From assembly GCA_964393745.1 (NCBI GenBank), contig CAYMVA010000032.1, positions 69,943-133,942 on the forward strand: 64,000 bases of DNA, given 5' to 3'. A model generated the notes under the pieces. It was not told where the DNA came from. It searched no databases and saw nothing but the letters and a program-made list of their open reading frames with translations. The position numbers and the translations under genes are program-made. Source of the DNA: an uncultured Enterobacteriaceae bacterium. GTDB lineage: Bacteria; Pseudomonadota; Gammaproteobacteria; Burkholderiales; SG8-39. Positions within the stretch are counted from its first letter, which is position 1. The number at the start of each line of letters is the position of its first letter. Below are positions 9,549 through 20,838 of this stretch, piece by piece.

Positions 9549-11501
9549 TTATGCCACAGTTCCGGCGCCCGCCGCGAGCGCGCTGCAGAGCGCCGCGAGC
9601 TTGGCGCGCTCGACGGAGGCAAGGCCCGCGGGATCGAAGCGGTAGCGCAGGTGCAGCCGCAGCGCGTCTCGCAGGCGCGCCGCACGCGACGGCTCGAGGG
9701 CGGGCGCGATGCGCGCCAGCCACGCCGCTTGCGATTCGCCCGGCTCGCGCGCCGCGAGTGTGCGCTCGACGGCGTAGAACTCTGAATCCTCGCCTTGCCG
9801 GCGAACGGCAGCCTGCGGCGGGGACTCGCCTTGTAACGCCACGCGCCGGCCGCGCAGCAGCCGCCACCCGAGGATCCCGACGAGCGCGGCGAGCGCCAGG
9901 TACCAGGCGTCGCTCGGCTTGAATTCGTCGCGCTGCGACCAGCGGTATGCGGCCCAGCGCAACACGTCGGAGAGCCTCTGCCAGGCGGGCGCGAGCTTCT
10001 CCTCCTCGCTGAACCAGGACGGCGGCGTGGTGTCGAGGTCCACCCAGCGCCCGCCCAGCCAGGCGCGCGTCCAGGCGTGCGCATGGCGCGCGCGCACCAC
10101 AAACGCGCCCTCGAGCGCGCTGTACTCCAGCACCGCGAAGCCGGTAGCGTAGCGCGCCGGCACCCCCGCGGCACGCAGCAGCAGGGTAGTGGCGGCGGCG
10201 AAATATTCGCAATGGCCGGCGCGCGCGCGCACCATGAAATCGCCCAGCGGCGTCTCGCCCCTCGGCACCGGCCGCTCGCGGAAGCTCGAGTAGGAAAAGC
10301 GCTCGAAGTGCGCGCGCACGCGCTCGAGCGCCTGCTCGGCGCCCAAACCGCGCAGTGCCAGCGTATCTGCGGCCCACTCGAAAGTGGCGCGCTCGCTGGG
10401 CGGGATGACGAGGTCGCCGCCGCCCGGGGCGGAGTAGGCGGCGATGCCGTTAGCTGCGCCGGCCTGGTACTCGATCCAGTCCCCGCCCAGCTCTGCGTGC
10501 ACCGCGCCGAGCGCGTTGCGCCTCACGACCGAGGCCGGAAACCCCTCGATGCGCGTCGCGCCGGCGGGCAGCGGCAGCAGCAGCTTGCCGCGTTCGGGGC
10601 GCGTCACGATGCGCACGCGCCATTCCGGCTCGGCGGGCGCGAGCGTCCAGCTGGCGCCGCCTTCCCCGGCCTGCAGCGCTTCCATGGGCGCGTTGCGCGC
10701 GTGCCAGGTGGTGCCGATGTAGGCGTTGTAGCTCGCGCGGTGCAGCAGGCGCACGCGTTCGGCGCCTTTTTCGGGCGCGTGCACGCGCATCACGATGGTG
10801 TCGATCTCTTTTTGCCGCCCGAGCGAGCCGATGTCGGTGGTGCTGCGATACGGGTCGGCGTCCATGCCGCGCAGGTGCCAGTCGGTGATCCAGTTGCCGA
10901 CCATGAGCTGCAGCTGCGCATGCCCTAGGTGTACGACATGGCCGAGCACTGCGCTGGCGGCGAGCAGGGCCATGAAAGCGAGCGCGTTGGAGTGCCGAGG
11001 TCGCGCGGCGTACAGCGCCCACGCCGCGGCAAGCACCACGCCCGCGTAATACACCGACCCGGTGCCGCCTGCGACGCCGGCGGCGAGCAGCGTCGTGGCC
11101 ATATACACAGCGCTCACGTCCACCATCGGGTCCCTGACCGACGGGTCTCGCGCCCTGAGTTTTCTCAGGTAGCGGAACAGCGCCGAGAGCGGGATGCGGC
11201 CGCTGGCGGAAAACATCTGCGCGGCGAGGACCGGCGCGAGTGCCACCGGCAGCCAAATGAACGCCGCGAGCACACCGCGCGCCACGCCCCGGTCGAGGGC
11301 GAGCAGGATGGCGATGCCGACGAAGCCGATGGTGCTCAAGTCCGCTATGCGCGCGTGCTCGGGGGCGCCGAGATCGAACCTGAGCGCCATGCGCCGCGGC
11401 GCCTCGAGCGCCAGCGCGAGCGCGATGCCGGCGAGCAGGTTGTCCGTCTGCCAACCCCAGAAGACCAGCGCGGCGCCGATCAGGAATGGCGGAGCAATCA
11501 T
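9549..11501 (-). CDS. Transglutaminase-like membrane protein (DUF3488-type N-terminus plus transglutaminase core)
   Basis: There are multiple N-terminal TM helices. The catalytic Cys context is RAGHCEYFAAATTLLLRAAGVPARYATGF. ATGA overlap with the DUF58 gene. Confidence 0.8.
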   Translation of the reverse strand: MIAPPFLIGAALVFWGWQTDNLLAGIALALALEAPRRMALRFDLGAPEHARIADLSTIGFVGIAILLALDRGVARGVLAAFIWLPVALAPVLAAQMFSASGRIPLSALFRYLRKLRARDPSVRDPMVDVSAVYMATTLLAAGVAGGTGSVYYAGVVLAAAWALYAARPRHSNALAFMALLAASAVLGHVVHLGHAQLQLMVGNWITDWHLRGMDADPYRSTTDIGSLGRQKEIDTIVMRVHAPEKGAERVRLLHRASYNAYIGTTWHARNAPMEALQAGEGGASWTLAPAEPEWRVRIVTRPERGKLLLPLPAGATRIEGFPASVVRRNALGAVHAELGGDWIEYQAGAANGIAAYSAPGGGDLVIPPSERATFEWAADTLALRGLGAEQALERVRAHFERFSYSSFRERPVPRGETPLGDFMVRARAGHCEYFAAATTLLLRAAGVPARYATGFAVLEYSALEGAFVVRARHAHAWTRAWLGGRWVDLDTTPPSWFSEEEKLAPAWQRLSDVLRWAAYRWSQRDEFKPSDAWYLALAALVGILGWRLLRGRRVALQGESPPQAAVRRQGEDSEFYAVERTLAAREPGESQAAWLARIAPALEPSRAARLRDALRLHLRYRFDPAGLASVERAKLAALCSALAAGAGTVA

Positions 11502-12820
11502 CGGAGCTTGAGCAGATCCTTTTCGATCTGGCCCGGATGCAGCGCCACGATCCCGGGCGGCAGGTCGGCAGGAACCGTGCCGTCAGGGCACACCAGCAGC
11601 GCGCGCACTTCGGCACCGGATGCACGCAACGCGACGATGAAGTCGCGCCGCTCCGCGTCCCATGCCACCAGGATTGCAATCACGCTGGAGACGCTTGCGC
11701 GCCGCGCCAGCAACGCGCGCGCGAGCGCCGCAAACTCGCGCTGCTCGCTCGCCGCCACGCCGGCGAGCACCTCCAGCATGTGATCGGCCTGCATCTGGCC
11801 GCGCCCCGCGGTGTAGGTGCGCACCTCGGTGCCTACGAACAGCAGATCGAGCAGGCACTCATGCGTGTCCATGGTGTAGACAAAGGAGGCGGCGAGCGCG
11901 ACTGCTTCTTCCAGCTCCTGGTGCGCGCCGCCGGTGTCGAGCACCAGCGCGTGGCGCTCGAAGAATTCGTTCTGGTACTCCTTCACCACCGGCTTGCCGG
12001 CGCGCGCGAAGCTTTTCCAGTGCACCCGCTGCAGCGGATCGCCGGGCCGGTAATCGCGCAGCGCGAGGAATTCCTCCGAGTCGCCGATCGAAGCCGCGAG
12101 CGACACGCCCCCGGGCTGGAACTTGCGCTTGCCCGGCAGCGCCAGCTCGGGCAGGCGGTAGCGCCTCGGCAGCGCGATCAGGTGCGCCTCGAGGGGCACG
12201 CGAGCCAGGCCCTTCACCAGGCCGAGCGGATCGGCGCGCCCGAGCGTAAGGCCGCTGATCTCGATGCGGCCACGCCGCCTGACTGTAAAGCCAAGCTTTA
12301 CACTTTGCCGCTCCCCGGGCGCGATTGCCGGCAGCTCGGCCGCCTGCGCATCCTTCGGCAGGCGCTGCTCGATCAGCCAGCGCCAGCGGAAGTAGCCCAC
12401 GTTGCGGTCCCACCAGTTGCGGCGCTCTTCGCCCGGCTCGCGCGCCCGCCGCCACGCCTCGAACGCCGGCCGCGGATCGACGAAGCGCTCGCCCACCAGC
12501 ACGCCGTCGAGCGCGCGCCGGCCGCGGTTGGTGAGCGTGACGCGATAGCTGCATGGCTCGCCGGCAGTGGCGTAGCGTGGCAGCTCGCGGCGCACCTCGA
12601 CACGCGCGCGGAACGCAAGGCTCGCGAGGTACGCCAGTGCGAGCAACGCGACGAGGAACGCGAACGCCTGGTAGGTGAGGGTGCGGTTGGTATCGAGGCC
12701 GGCGCCGCCCGCCGCGCCCGCGGCGCCAAGCACTACCCAGCCGGCGAGCGTCAGGCGCTCGCGCAGCCAGTGATCGAGGGCGCTGAAGAAGCGCAGCGCC
12801 GCATACAGCAGGCGTCTCAC
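11498..12820 (-). CDS. DUF58 family protein (MoxR partner)
   Basis: GTG at 12820 overlaps the MoxR stop (GTGA). There are two N-terminal TM helices. The DUF58-type motif DYRPGDPLQRVHWKSFAR is present. Confidence 0.75.
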   Translation of the reverse strand: MRRLLYAALRFFSALDHWLRERLTLAGWVVLGAAGAAGGAGLDTNRTLTYQAFAFLVALLALAYLASLAFRARVEVRRELPRYATAGEPCSYRVTLTNRGRRALDGVLVGERFVDPRPAFEAWRRAREPGEERRNWWDRNVGYFRWRWLIEQRLPKDAQAAELPAIAPGERQSVKLGFTVRRRGRIEISGLTLGRADPLGLVKGLARVPLEAHLIALPRRYRLPELALPGKRKFQPGGVSLAASIGDSEEFLALRDYRPGDPLQRVHWKSFARAGKPVVKEYQNEFFERHALVLDTGGAHQELEEAVALAASFVYTMDTHECLLDLLFVGTEVRTYTAGRGQMQADHMLEVLAGVAASEQREFAALARALLARRASVSSVIAILVAWDAERRDFIVALRASGAEVRALLVCPDGTVPADLPPGIVALHPGQIEKDLLKLR

Positions 12821-13782
12821 GCCGGCACCGGCACCTCGCGCAGGATGTCGCCGACCAGCGCGGCGCCGGTGGCGCCGGCGAACTTCGCCTGCGGGTCGAG
12901 CACCATGCGGTGCGCGAGCACCAGCACCGCGAGCTCCTGGATGTGGTCCGGGCGCACGTATTCCTCGCCATCGAACAGCGCCAGCGCCTTGGCGGCGTGC
13001 GCCAGCGCAAGCGATGCGCGAGGTCCGCAGCCGAGCTGCACCTGCGGCGCCGAGCGCGTGCGGCGCACCAGCTCGATGACGTAGCGCCGCAGCTCGTCGG
13101 CCATGCGCACCTGACGCACGCGCGCTTTGAGCGCCAGCACTTCTTCGCGGCTCACGGCGGGCCTGAGCGTCGCGAGCGGATGGCCGAGATCCTGCGCCAC
13201 GAGCACTTCGGCCTCGACCTCGGCGCTGACGTAGCCGAGCGACAGGCACATGGCGAAGCGGTCCATCTGCGCCTCGGGCAGCGGATAGGTGCCGCGGAAC
13301 TCGACCGGGTTCTGCGTCGCGATGACGAAGAACAGCTCGTCCATCAGGTGCGTGCGGCCCTCGACCGAGACCTGCCCTTCGGCCATCACTTCGAGCAGCG
13401 CCGACTGCGTGCGCGGCGAGGCGCGGTTGACCTCGTCGGCGAGCAGGATGCAGGTGAACACCGGCCCGGCGCGGAACTCGAACACCTGCTCTTTCTGGTT
13501 GAACACCGACACGCCGAGGATGTCGGAGGGCAGCAGATCGGGGGTGAACTGCACGCGCGCGAAGCGCGCCCCGATCGAGGCGGCGAGGCTCTTGGCGAGG
13601 GTGGTCTTGCCGGTGCCGGGGAAATCCTCGATCAGGACGTGGCCGCCGGAGGCGAACGCGGCGAGCAGCCTGCGCACCGCGTCGTGGCTGCCGCGCATCA
13701 CGCGCTCGATGTTGCCGGCGATGCGCGCGAACAACGCCGCTGCCTCGGCTGCGGAAAGCGCCTGCGGCGCGCTGGCGTCCAC
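12817..13782 (-). CDS. MoxR-like AAA+ ATPase
   Basis: Walker A FPGTGKTTLAKS, Walker B ILLADEVNRA, 321 aa. Confidence 0.9.
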   Translation of the reverse strand: MDASAPQALSAAEAAALFARIAGNIERVMRGSHDAVRRLLAAFASGGHVLIEDFPGTGKTTLAKSLAASIGARFARVQFTPDLLPSDILGVSVFNQKEQVFEFRAGPVFTCILLADEVNRASPRTQSALLEVMAEGQVSVEGRTHLMDELFFVIATQNPVEFRGTYPLPEAQMDRFAMCLSLGYVSAEVEAEVLVAQDLGHPLATLRPAVSREEVLALKARVRQVRMADELRRYVIELVRRTRSAPQVQLGCGPRASLALAHAAKALALFDGEEYVRPDHIQELAVLVLAHRMVLDPQAKFAGATGAALVGDILREVPVPA

Positions 13783-13793
13783 CAGAACCCTTT

Positions 13794-14762
13794 CTACTCC
13801 TGAGCCTCGCGCGTCTTCTTGTCGCGGATCGCCTGTGCGAAGTCGAGCACGTTCCTCGCCAGCGCAACGCGGTCCTCGACCGTGCGCATCACGGTCTGCG
13901 CCAGGTGCACTTCGATGCCGCTGGCGACGATGCCATCGGCGTGCGCCTCGTCCTCGGCGTCGATGACGAAGCCGTCAATCAGCCGCAGGTATTCCAGCGC
14001 CACGCGCCGTGCCGAGACCTCGTGTCCCAGCTCGCGCATCATCTTGCCGGCCGAGCCCCTGAGCGCCTTGCCGCCTACGATCGGGGTCACCGCGATCACC
14101 GGCGCGCCGCGCTGGCGCAGCAGCTCGCGCATCCCCGGCACTTCCAGGATCGGGCGGATGCTGTGATAGGGGTTGGCGGGGCAGATCACCACCGCCTCGA
14201 GGTCGGGCGAATCGAGCGCATTCGCCACCTGCTGCGTGATTCGCGCGGTGTCGGCGCCCGCGTACTGGAAGCCGCGCACCGCGGGCTCGCAGGCGAGCTG
14301 CATGAAGTATTCGTGGAAAGTGACCGCGCCGTCCTCGGTGAGAACGTGGGTGCGCACTCGCTCGTCGCTCATTGGCAGCACGCGCCCGACGATGCCGAGA
14401 TTGCGAGCGAAATCGAGCGTGATGTCGGTGAGCCGGCGGCCAGCGGCCAACCCTTCGGCGCGCAGCATCGGCGCCGCGAGCGACTTATCGCCGAACTTGA
14501 CGCCCTCGTAGCCACCGAGCGTCTTCAGCATGCCGGCGAGCGCGTAGCTCTCACCCGCCGGCTCCCAGCCCGCTGCGGGATTGGCGAGCCCGCCGAGCGT
14601 GTAGAGCATGGTATCGAGGTCCGGCGAGAAGGCGAGCCCGAGGTACTCGTAGTCATCGCCGGTGTTGACCACCACCGTGAATTCCTCGCCGCGTAGCCGG
14701 TACAGGCCGTCGGCGAGCTTGGCGCCGCCGAACTGCCCCGCCAGTGCCACCACAGTTCCCAC
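13794..14762 (-). CDS. CofD/UPF0052-family protein (2-phospho-L-lactate transferase-like)
   Basis: N-terminal VVALAGQFGGAKLADGL resembles the CofD GG(V)GGAKL motif. The product is 322 aa. Only 11 nt separate it from the MoxR start. GTG start. Confidence 0.6.
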   Translation of the reverse strand: MGTVVALAGQFGGAKLADGLYRLRGEEFTVVVNTGDDYEYLGLAFSPDLDTMLYTLGGLANPAAGWEPAGESYALAGMLKTLGGYEGVKFGDKSLAAPMLRAEGLAAGRRLTDITLDFARNLGIVGRVLPMSDERVRTHVLTEDGAVTFHEYFMQLACEPAVRGFQYAGADTARITQQVANALDSPDLEAVVICPANPYHSIRPILEVPGMRELLRQRGAPVIAVTPIVGGKALRGSAGKMMRELGHEVSARRVALEYLRLIDGFVIDAEDEAHADGIVASGIEVHLAQTVMRTVEDRVALARNVLDFAQAIRDKKTREAQE

Positions 14763-14776
14763 TCGCCTAGTTTACC

Positions 14777-14847
14777 GGGGACAGACCCCGATTTAGAGAA
14801 AATTTTGCAAAGGAATCAATGGACAAGGCGAGACCTGTCCCCGATTT

Positions 14848-14848
<1 letters not shown>
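14777..14848. repeat. Intergenic repeat family A, two degenerate units
   Basis: ggggacagaccccgattt at 14777..14794 and gacctgtccccgatttc at 14832..14848. Confidence 0.6.
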
Positions 14849-16887
<2,039 letters not shown>

Positions 16888-16936
16888 CTACGGGACTGCG
16901 AACGAGCGCCGGATTCTACGCGATGCCGGGGTACGA

Positions 16937-17815
16937 TTGAGCGCTGTGGAAGTTGATTTTCAGATCGTCGACGCGCATCAGCATTTCTGGGACCCGCGCG
17001 TCAATTACCACCCCTGGCTGTGCGACCAGCCGTCGATCCCGTTCCGCTATGGCGATTACTCCGCGCTCAGGCGGCCGTATCTGCCGGCGGATTACTTTGC
17101 CGACGCGCGCCCGCTCCGCATTGTGAAGACCGTTTACGTGGAAACCGAGTGGGACCCGCACGATGCGCTCGGCGAGATGCGCTATGTGGAGCGCTTGCGG
17201 CGCGAGACCGGATTTCCCACGGTCGCGGTGGCGCAGGCTTGGTTAGACCGCGACGATCTAGCGGCCACGCTCGACGGACTGGCGCAGTTCGATTTCGTGC
17301 GCGGCATCCGCCACAAGCCGCGCCCAGGGCAGATGGAGGAGGCGCGCTGGCGCGCGGGATTCAAGCAGCTCGGGCGCCGCGGCCTGCGCTTCGATCTGCA
17401 GTCGCCGTGGACGCAGCTGGAGGAGGCGGCGCGGCTGGCGCGAGCGTTCCCCGATGCGCGCGTCATCCTCAATCACACTGGGCTGCCCGCCGATCGCAGC
17501 GCTGATGGCATCGCGGGCTGGAAGAAGGCGATGAGCGCGCTCGCCGAGTGCCCGAACGTGGCGCTGAAAATCTCTGGCCTCGGCGTGCCGGGGCGGCCGT
17601 GGACCGTGGAGTCGAACCGCGAAGTGGTGCTCGGGGCGGTCGAGCGCTTCGGCATCGGGCGGGCGATGTTCGCGAGCAACTTTCCGGTGGACAGCCTGTG
17701 CGCGACGTTCGACGCCATCGTCTCCGGGATGCGCGCCATCGTGCGCGATTTCTCCGCCACGGAGCAGCGCGCGCTGTTCCACGACAACGCAGTTCGCATC
17801 TACGACATGGAGTAG
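16937..17815 (+). CDS. Amidohydrolase-2 family metal-dependent hydrolase (lactonase/decarboxylase-like)
   Basis: IVDAHQHFW motif near the N-terminus and NHTGLP later. The start is ambiguous (TTG 16937 or GTG 16946). Confidence 0.7.
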   Translation: MSAVEVDFQIVDAHQHFWDPRVNYHPWLCDQPSIPFRYGDYSALRRPYLPADYFADARPLRIVKTVYVETEWDPHDALGEMRYVERLRRETGFPTVAVAQAWLDRDDLAATLDGLAQFDFVRGIRHKPRPGQMEEARWRAGFKQLGRRGLRFDLQSPWTQLEEAARLARAFPDARVILNHTGLPADRSADGIAGWKKAMSALAECPNVALKISGLGVPGRPWTVESNREVVLGAVERFGIGRAMFASNFPVDSLCATFDAIVSGMRAIVRDFSATEQRALFHDNAVRIYDME

Positions 17816-17818
17816 CAA

Positions 17819-18694
17819 ATGACCTCGAAAGCCAAACTCGGTTACGTCGGTGTCGGCTTGATGGGCTTGCCCATGGCGAAGCGCCTGATCTCGCTGGGCT
17901 ACACCGTGCGTGCCTACGACATCGTCGCGGAGAAGACCGCCGCCGCGGTGCAGGCGGGTGCAAGCGCCGCATCCTCGCCTGCAGACGCCGTCCGGGGTGC
18001 CGACCTAGTGCTGCTCAACCTGCCCACCAACGAAGCGGTGGAGCAAGCGGCGTTCGGCGAGCAGGGCGTCGCCTCGGCAGTGCGACCGCCGCAACTGGTG
18101 ATCGACTTCTCCACCATCAAAGTGGAGAAGTGCAAGGCATTCGCGCGCAAGCTGCGCGAGGCGACCGGCGCCGGCTGGATCGATGCCCCGGTCTCGGGCG
18201 GCCCGCCCGCCTCGGGCAGCGGCACGCTCACGGTGATGGCGGGGGGCGAAGCATCCGAGATCGAGCGCGCGCGACCGTTCTTCGCCGACGTCGCGGGGCG
18301 CTTCACCCACATGGGGCCCTCGGGCGCGGGCATGGTCGCGAAGATGCTCAACCAGCTCATCGTCGGCTGCGGCCACGCGGTGATGGCCGAGGCGGTGGTG
18401 CTCGCCGAGGCCGCGGGCATCGACGCCGCGCGCCTGCCCGAATGCCTCGCCGGCGGGCACGCCGACGGCTCGCTGCTCAAGAACCTCTACCCGCGCATGG
18501 TGAGGCGCGACTTCGCGCCGCTCGGTTACGTGCGGCAGCTGCTGAAAGACCTCGAGATGGTGAACGAGTTCGCCGGCACGCTGAAGGCGCCGACTCCGAT
18601 GATGGGCGAGGCGTTGTCGCTCTACCGGATGCTCGCGCACCTCGGCCACACTGAGCTCGACACCGCGGCGCTCGTCAAGCTCTACGAGCGCTAG
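17819..18694 (+). CDS. NAD(P)-dependent 3-hydroxyisobutyrate dehydrogenase-family oxidoreductase
   Basis: Rossmann motif LGYVGVGLMGLPMA, 291 aa. Confidence 0.8.
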   Translation: MTSKAKLGYVGVGLMGLPMAKRLISLGYTVRAYDIVAEKTAAAVQAGASAASSPADAVRGADLVLLNLPTNEAVEQAAFGEQGVASAVRPPQLVIDFSTIKVEKCKAFARKLREATGAGWIDAPVSGGPPASGSGTLTVMAGGEASEIERARPFFADVAGRFTHMGPSGAGMVAKMLNQLIVGCGHAVMAEAVVLAEAAGIDAARLPECLAGGHADGSLLKNLYPRMVRRDFAPLGYVRQLLKDLEMVNEFAGTLKAPTPMMGEALSLYRMLAHLGHTELDTAALVKLYER

Positions 18695-18697
18695 ACA

Positions 18698-18725
18698 GAA
18701 AAATCGGGCTCTGACCCCGATTTTT
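18698..18725. repeat. Repeat family A variant forming a hairpin (probable bidirectional terminator)
   Basis: gaaaaatcgggctctgaccccgattttt lies between convergent genes. Confidence 0.5.
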
Positions 18726-18942
18726 ACTTCCCGGACTTTTTCGCGCCGCGCGCCGGCGAAGGGGTTCCGGTGCGCGTCTGCAGCGCGTAGCGCCGGCGCA
18801 TCATCATGATCGTTCCCCCCGCGGTGAGCAGCAGGATGCCCGAGATCATCAGCAGCACCGAGCCCCCCCTGCCAATCAGGAAACCGCCGGTGGCGATGTA
18901 GATGAAGGGCGAGCCTTCGTACCAGTATTTTTCTATGCCCAT
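18724..18942 (-). CDS. Small hypothetical membrane protein (72 aa)
   Basis: ATG at 18942 is preceded by aaggga. It has two hydrophobic helices (SPFIYIATGGFLIG, LLMISGILLLTAGGTIMMM). I recognise no family. Confidence 0.4.
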   Translation of the reverse strand: MGIEKYWYEGSPFIYIATGGFLIGRGGSVLLMISGILLLTAGGTIMMMRRRYALQTRTGTPSPARGAKKSGK

Positions 18943-19022
18943 CGTGGTCCCTTTCGCGACGCGCAGCGCGAAGCATACCGCCCGGCGCCGAATTCTGCTG
19001 CGGTCAACGGACGGCCGCGCGC

Positions 19023-19883
19023 TTACCCGCCCCGGCGGACCACCAGCACCGTGCCGAGGACGACGAGGATGCCGCCGCCGAGCGCCAGCGGCGGCAGCGT
19101 TTCGCCGAGGAACAGCCAGCCCCACAACACGCCGAACAGCGGGATCAGAAACGTGACCGTTAGCGCGCGCGTGGCGCCGATATCGGCGATCAGGCGGAAG
19201 TAGAGCAGGAATGCGACACCGCTGCCGAGCAGCGCCAGTGCCAGTACGTTGCCGATGACCAGCGGCGACGGTGCGGCAGCGGGCATGACGAATGGCAGCA
19301 GCGGCAGCAGCACCAGCGCGGCGGCGAGCTGGTTGCCTGCCGCCATGCCGCGCGCTGAGGCGCCGCTCGAAAAGCGCTTCATCAGCACGCCGGTGACGCC
19401 GTATGCGCAGCAGGCGCCGAGCGCCGCCGCCACCGCCCATGCGAATTGCGGCCCGGCGGTGCCGGCGCCGGGGCGCGCGATCAGGGCGACTCCGGCGGCG
19501 CCCAGCGCCAGGCCGGCGAGCTTGCGCGCGGTGACCCGCTCATCGCGGAAGGCGGCGTTCCAGAGCAGGGCGAACATGGGCGAGGTGGCGTTCAGGATCG
19601 CGAGCAGCGAGGCCGGCGCATGCGTCGCGGCATAGCCGTACAGGCAGAAGGGCAGCGCGATGTTGACCGTGCCGATAAGGGCGTAGAAACGCGCGTGGCG
19701 GCGCAGCTCGGGGTCGAAACCTGTGTAGCGGAACCAGGCGAGCACCGCCAGGCCGCCGAGCAGCACGCGCAGCTCCGCGGTCCAGATCGCCCCCAGGGCG
19801 GGCGCGGCGACGCGCATGAAGATGAAGGCCGCGCCCCAGATCGCGGCGAGCGCCGTAAGGCGCGCGAAGTCCGAGGCCCTCAA
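19023..19883 (-). CDS. EamA/DMT-family transporter
   Basis: Ten-TM-like hydrophobic profile. TTG at 19883 overlaps the upstream stop (TTGA). 286 aa. Confidence 0.75.
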   Translation of the reverse strand: MRASDFARLTALAAIWGAAFIFMRVAAPALGAIWTAELRVLLGGLAVLAWFRYTGFDPELRRHARFYALIGTVNIALPFCLYGYAATHAPASLLAILNATSPMFALLWNAAFRDERVTARKLAGLALGAAGVALIARPGAGTAGPQFAWAVAAALGACCAYGVTGVLMKRFSSGASARGMAAGNQLAAALVLLPLLPFVMPAAAPSPLVIGNVLALALLGSGVAFLLYFRLIADIGATRALTVTFLIPLFGVLWGWLFLGETLPPLALGGGILVVLGTVLVVRRGG

Positions 19884-20731
19884 CGCGCGGCGCGCCTGCC
19901 TGGCCGCTTGGGCGCCGCCTCCAGGGCGAGCAATCGCTGCTTTCGTTGCAGGCCCCAGGCGTAGCCGCCGAGGCCGCCGTCGGCGCGCACCGCGCGATGG
20001 CATGGAACCACCAGTGCCACCGGGTTGGCGCCGCAGGCGCTGCCCACCGCGCGCACCGCCCGCGGCGCGCCGATGGCGCGTGCGATCTGCGAGTAGGTGC
20101 GCGTCTCGCCGCGCGGGATGGCACGCAATGCCTCCCAGACCCGACGCTGGAACACGGTGCCGCGGACATCCAGCGGCACGCGCGCGAGCGAGGCGTCGCC
20201 CTCGAGGAAACGGCGCATCGCACGCCCGGCATCCGCGAGTGCGCGCCGGTCCTCGACCAGCTCGGCTTCGCTGAACTCCTCCGCCAGCAGGCGCTCGAGC
20301 TTCGCCCGGTCCTCGCCAAGCTTCACCGCGCACAGGCCCCGCGGGGTGGCAGCGAGCAGAATGTTCCCGATCGGGAACATGAAGGTGGCGTACACGATAC
20401 GCAGTCCCTTGCCCTTGGCGCGGTAGGCGCGCGCCGCCATGCCCAGGCGCGCCGCCGCCTTCTCATAGAAGCGCGACACCGAGCCGTAGCCAGCCTCGAA
20501 CAGCGCGTCTGTCACCCGACTGCCGTTGGCGAGCGCGCGCTTGGCGTCCTCGAGCTGCTGCTCGAGCTGATAGTCCTTGGGCGAGAGGCCGAAAGCCTCC
20601 TTGAAGCGGCGCTGCAGGTGAAACGGGCTTGCGCCCACGGCGCGCGCCAAGTGCTGCAGCGTGACGCGCTCGCCGCGGCGCTCATCGAGCAAGGCGCGGG
20701 CACGGGTTTCAATCGAGATCGGCATGTCCAT
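19880..20731 (-). CDS. AraC-type HTH fused to O6-methylguanine-DNA methyltransferase (Ada-like without the N-terminal Zn domain)
   Basis: The HTH region is VTLQHLARAVGASPFHLQRRFKEAFG and the MGMT active site is VVPCHRAV. The start could instead be the GTG at 20842, which overlaps the paaK stop. Confidence 0.85.
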   Translation of the reverse strand: MDMPISIETRARALLDERRGERVTLQHLARAVGASPFHLQRRFKEAFGLSPKDYQLEQQLEDAKRALANGSRVTDALFEAGYGSVSRFYEKAAARLGMAARAYRAKGKGLRIVYATFMFPIGNILLAATPRGLCAVKLGEDRAKLERLLAEEFSEAELVEDRRALADAGRAMRRFLEGDASLARVPLDVRGTVFQRRVWEALRAIPRGETRTYSQIARAIGAPRAVRAVGSACGANPVALVVPCHRAVRADGGLGGYAWGLQRKQRLLALEAAPKRPGRRAAR

Positions 20732-20838
20732 GCCCGCATGGTGCCCGCGCGCGGGGCGCGATTCCATCCGGATCTTGCGATCGTTCAAGCGCGGGGGGAT
20801 CTTAAGGGGGGCAGACGCGATTTGCGGGAACCCCCTTT

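Noticed and set aside
11498-13867. 789-aa single ORF spanning DUF58 and MoxR.
   Set aside because: The N-terminal half overlaps the MoxR gene in another frame and is Arg-rich. A GTG at 12820 overlapping the MoxR stop gives a normal DUF58 protein.
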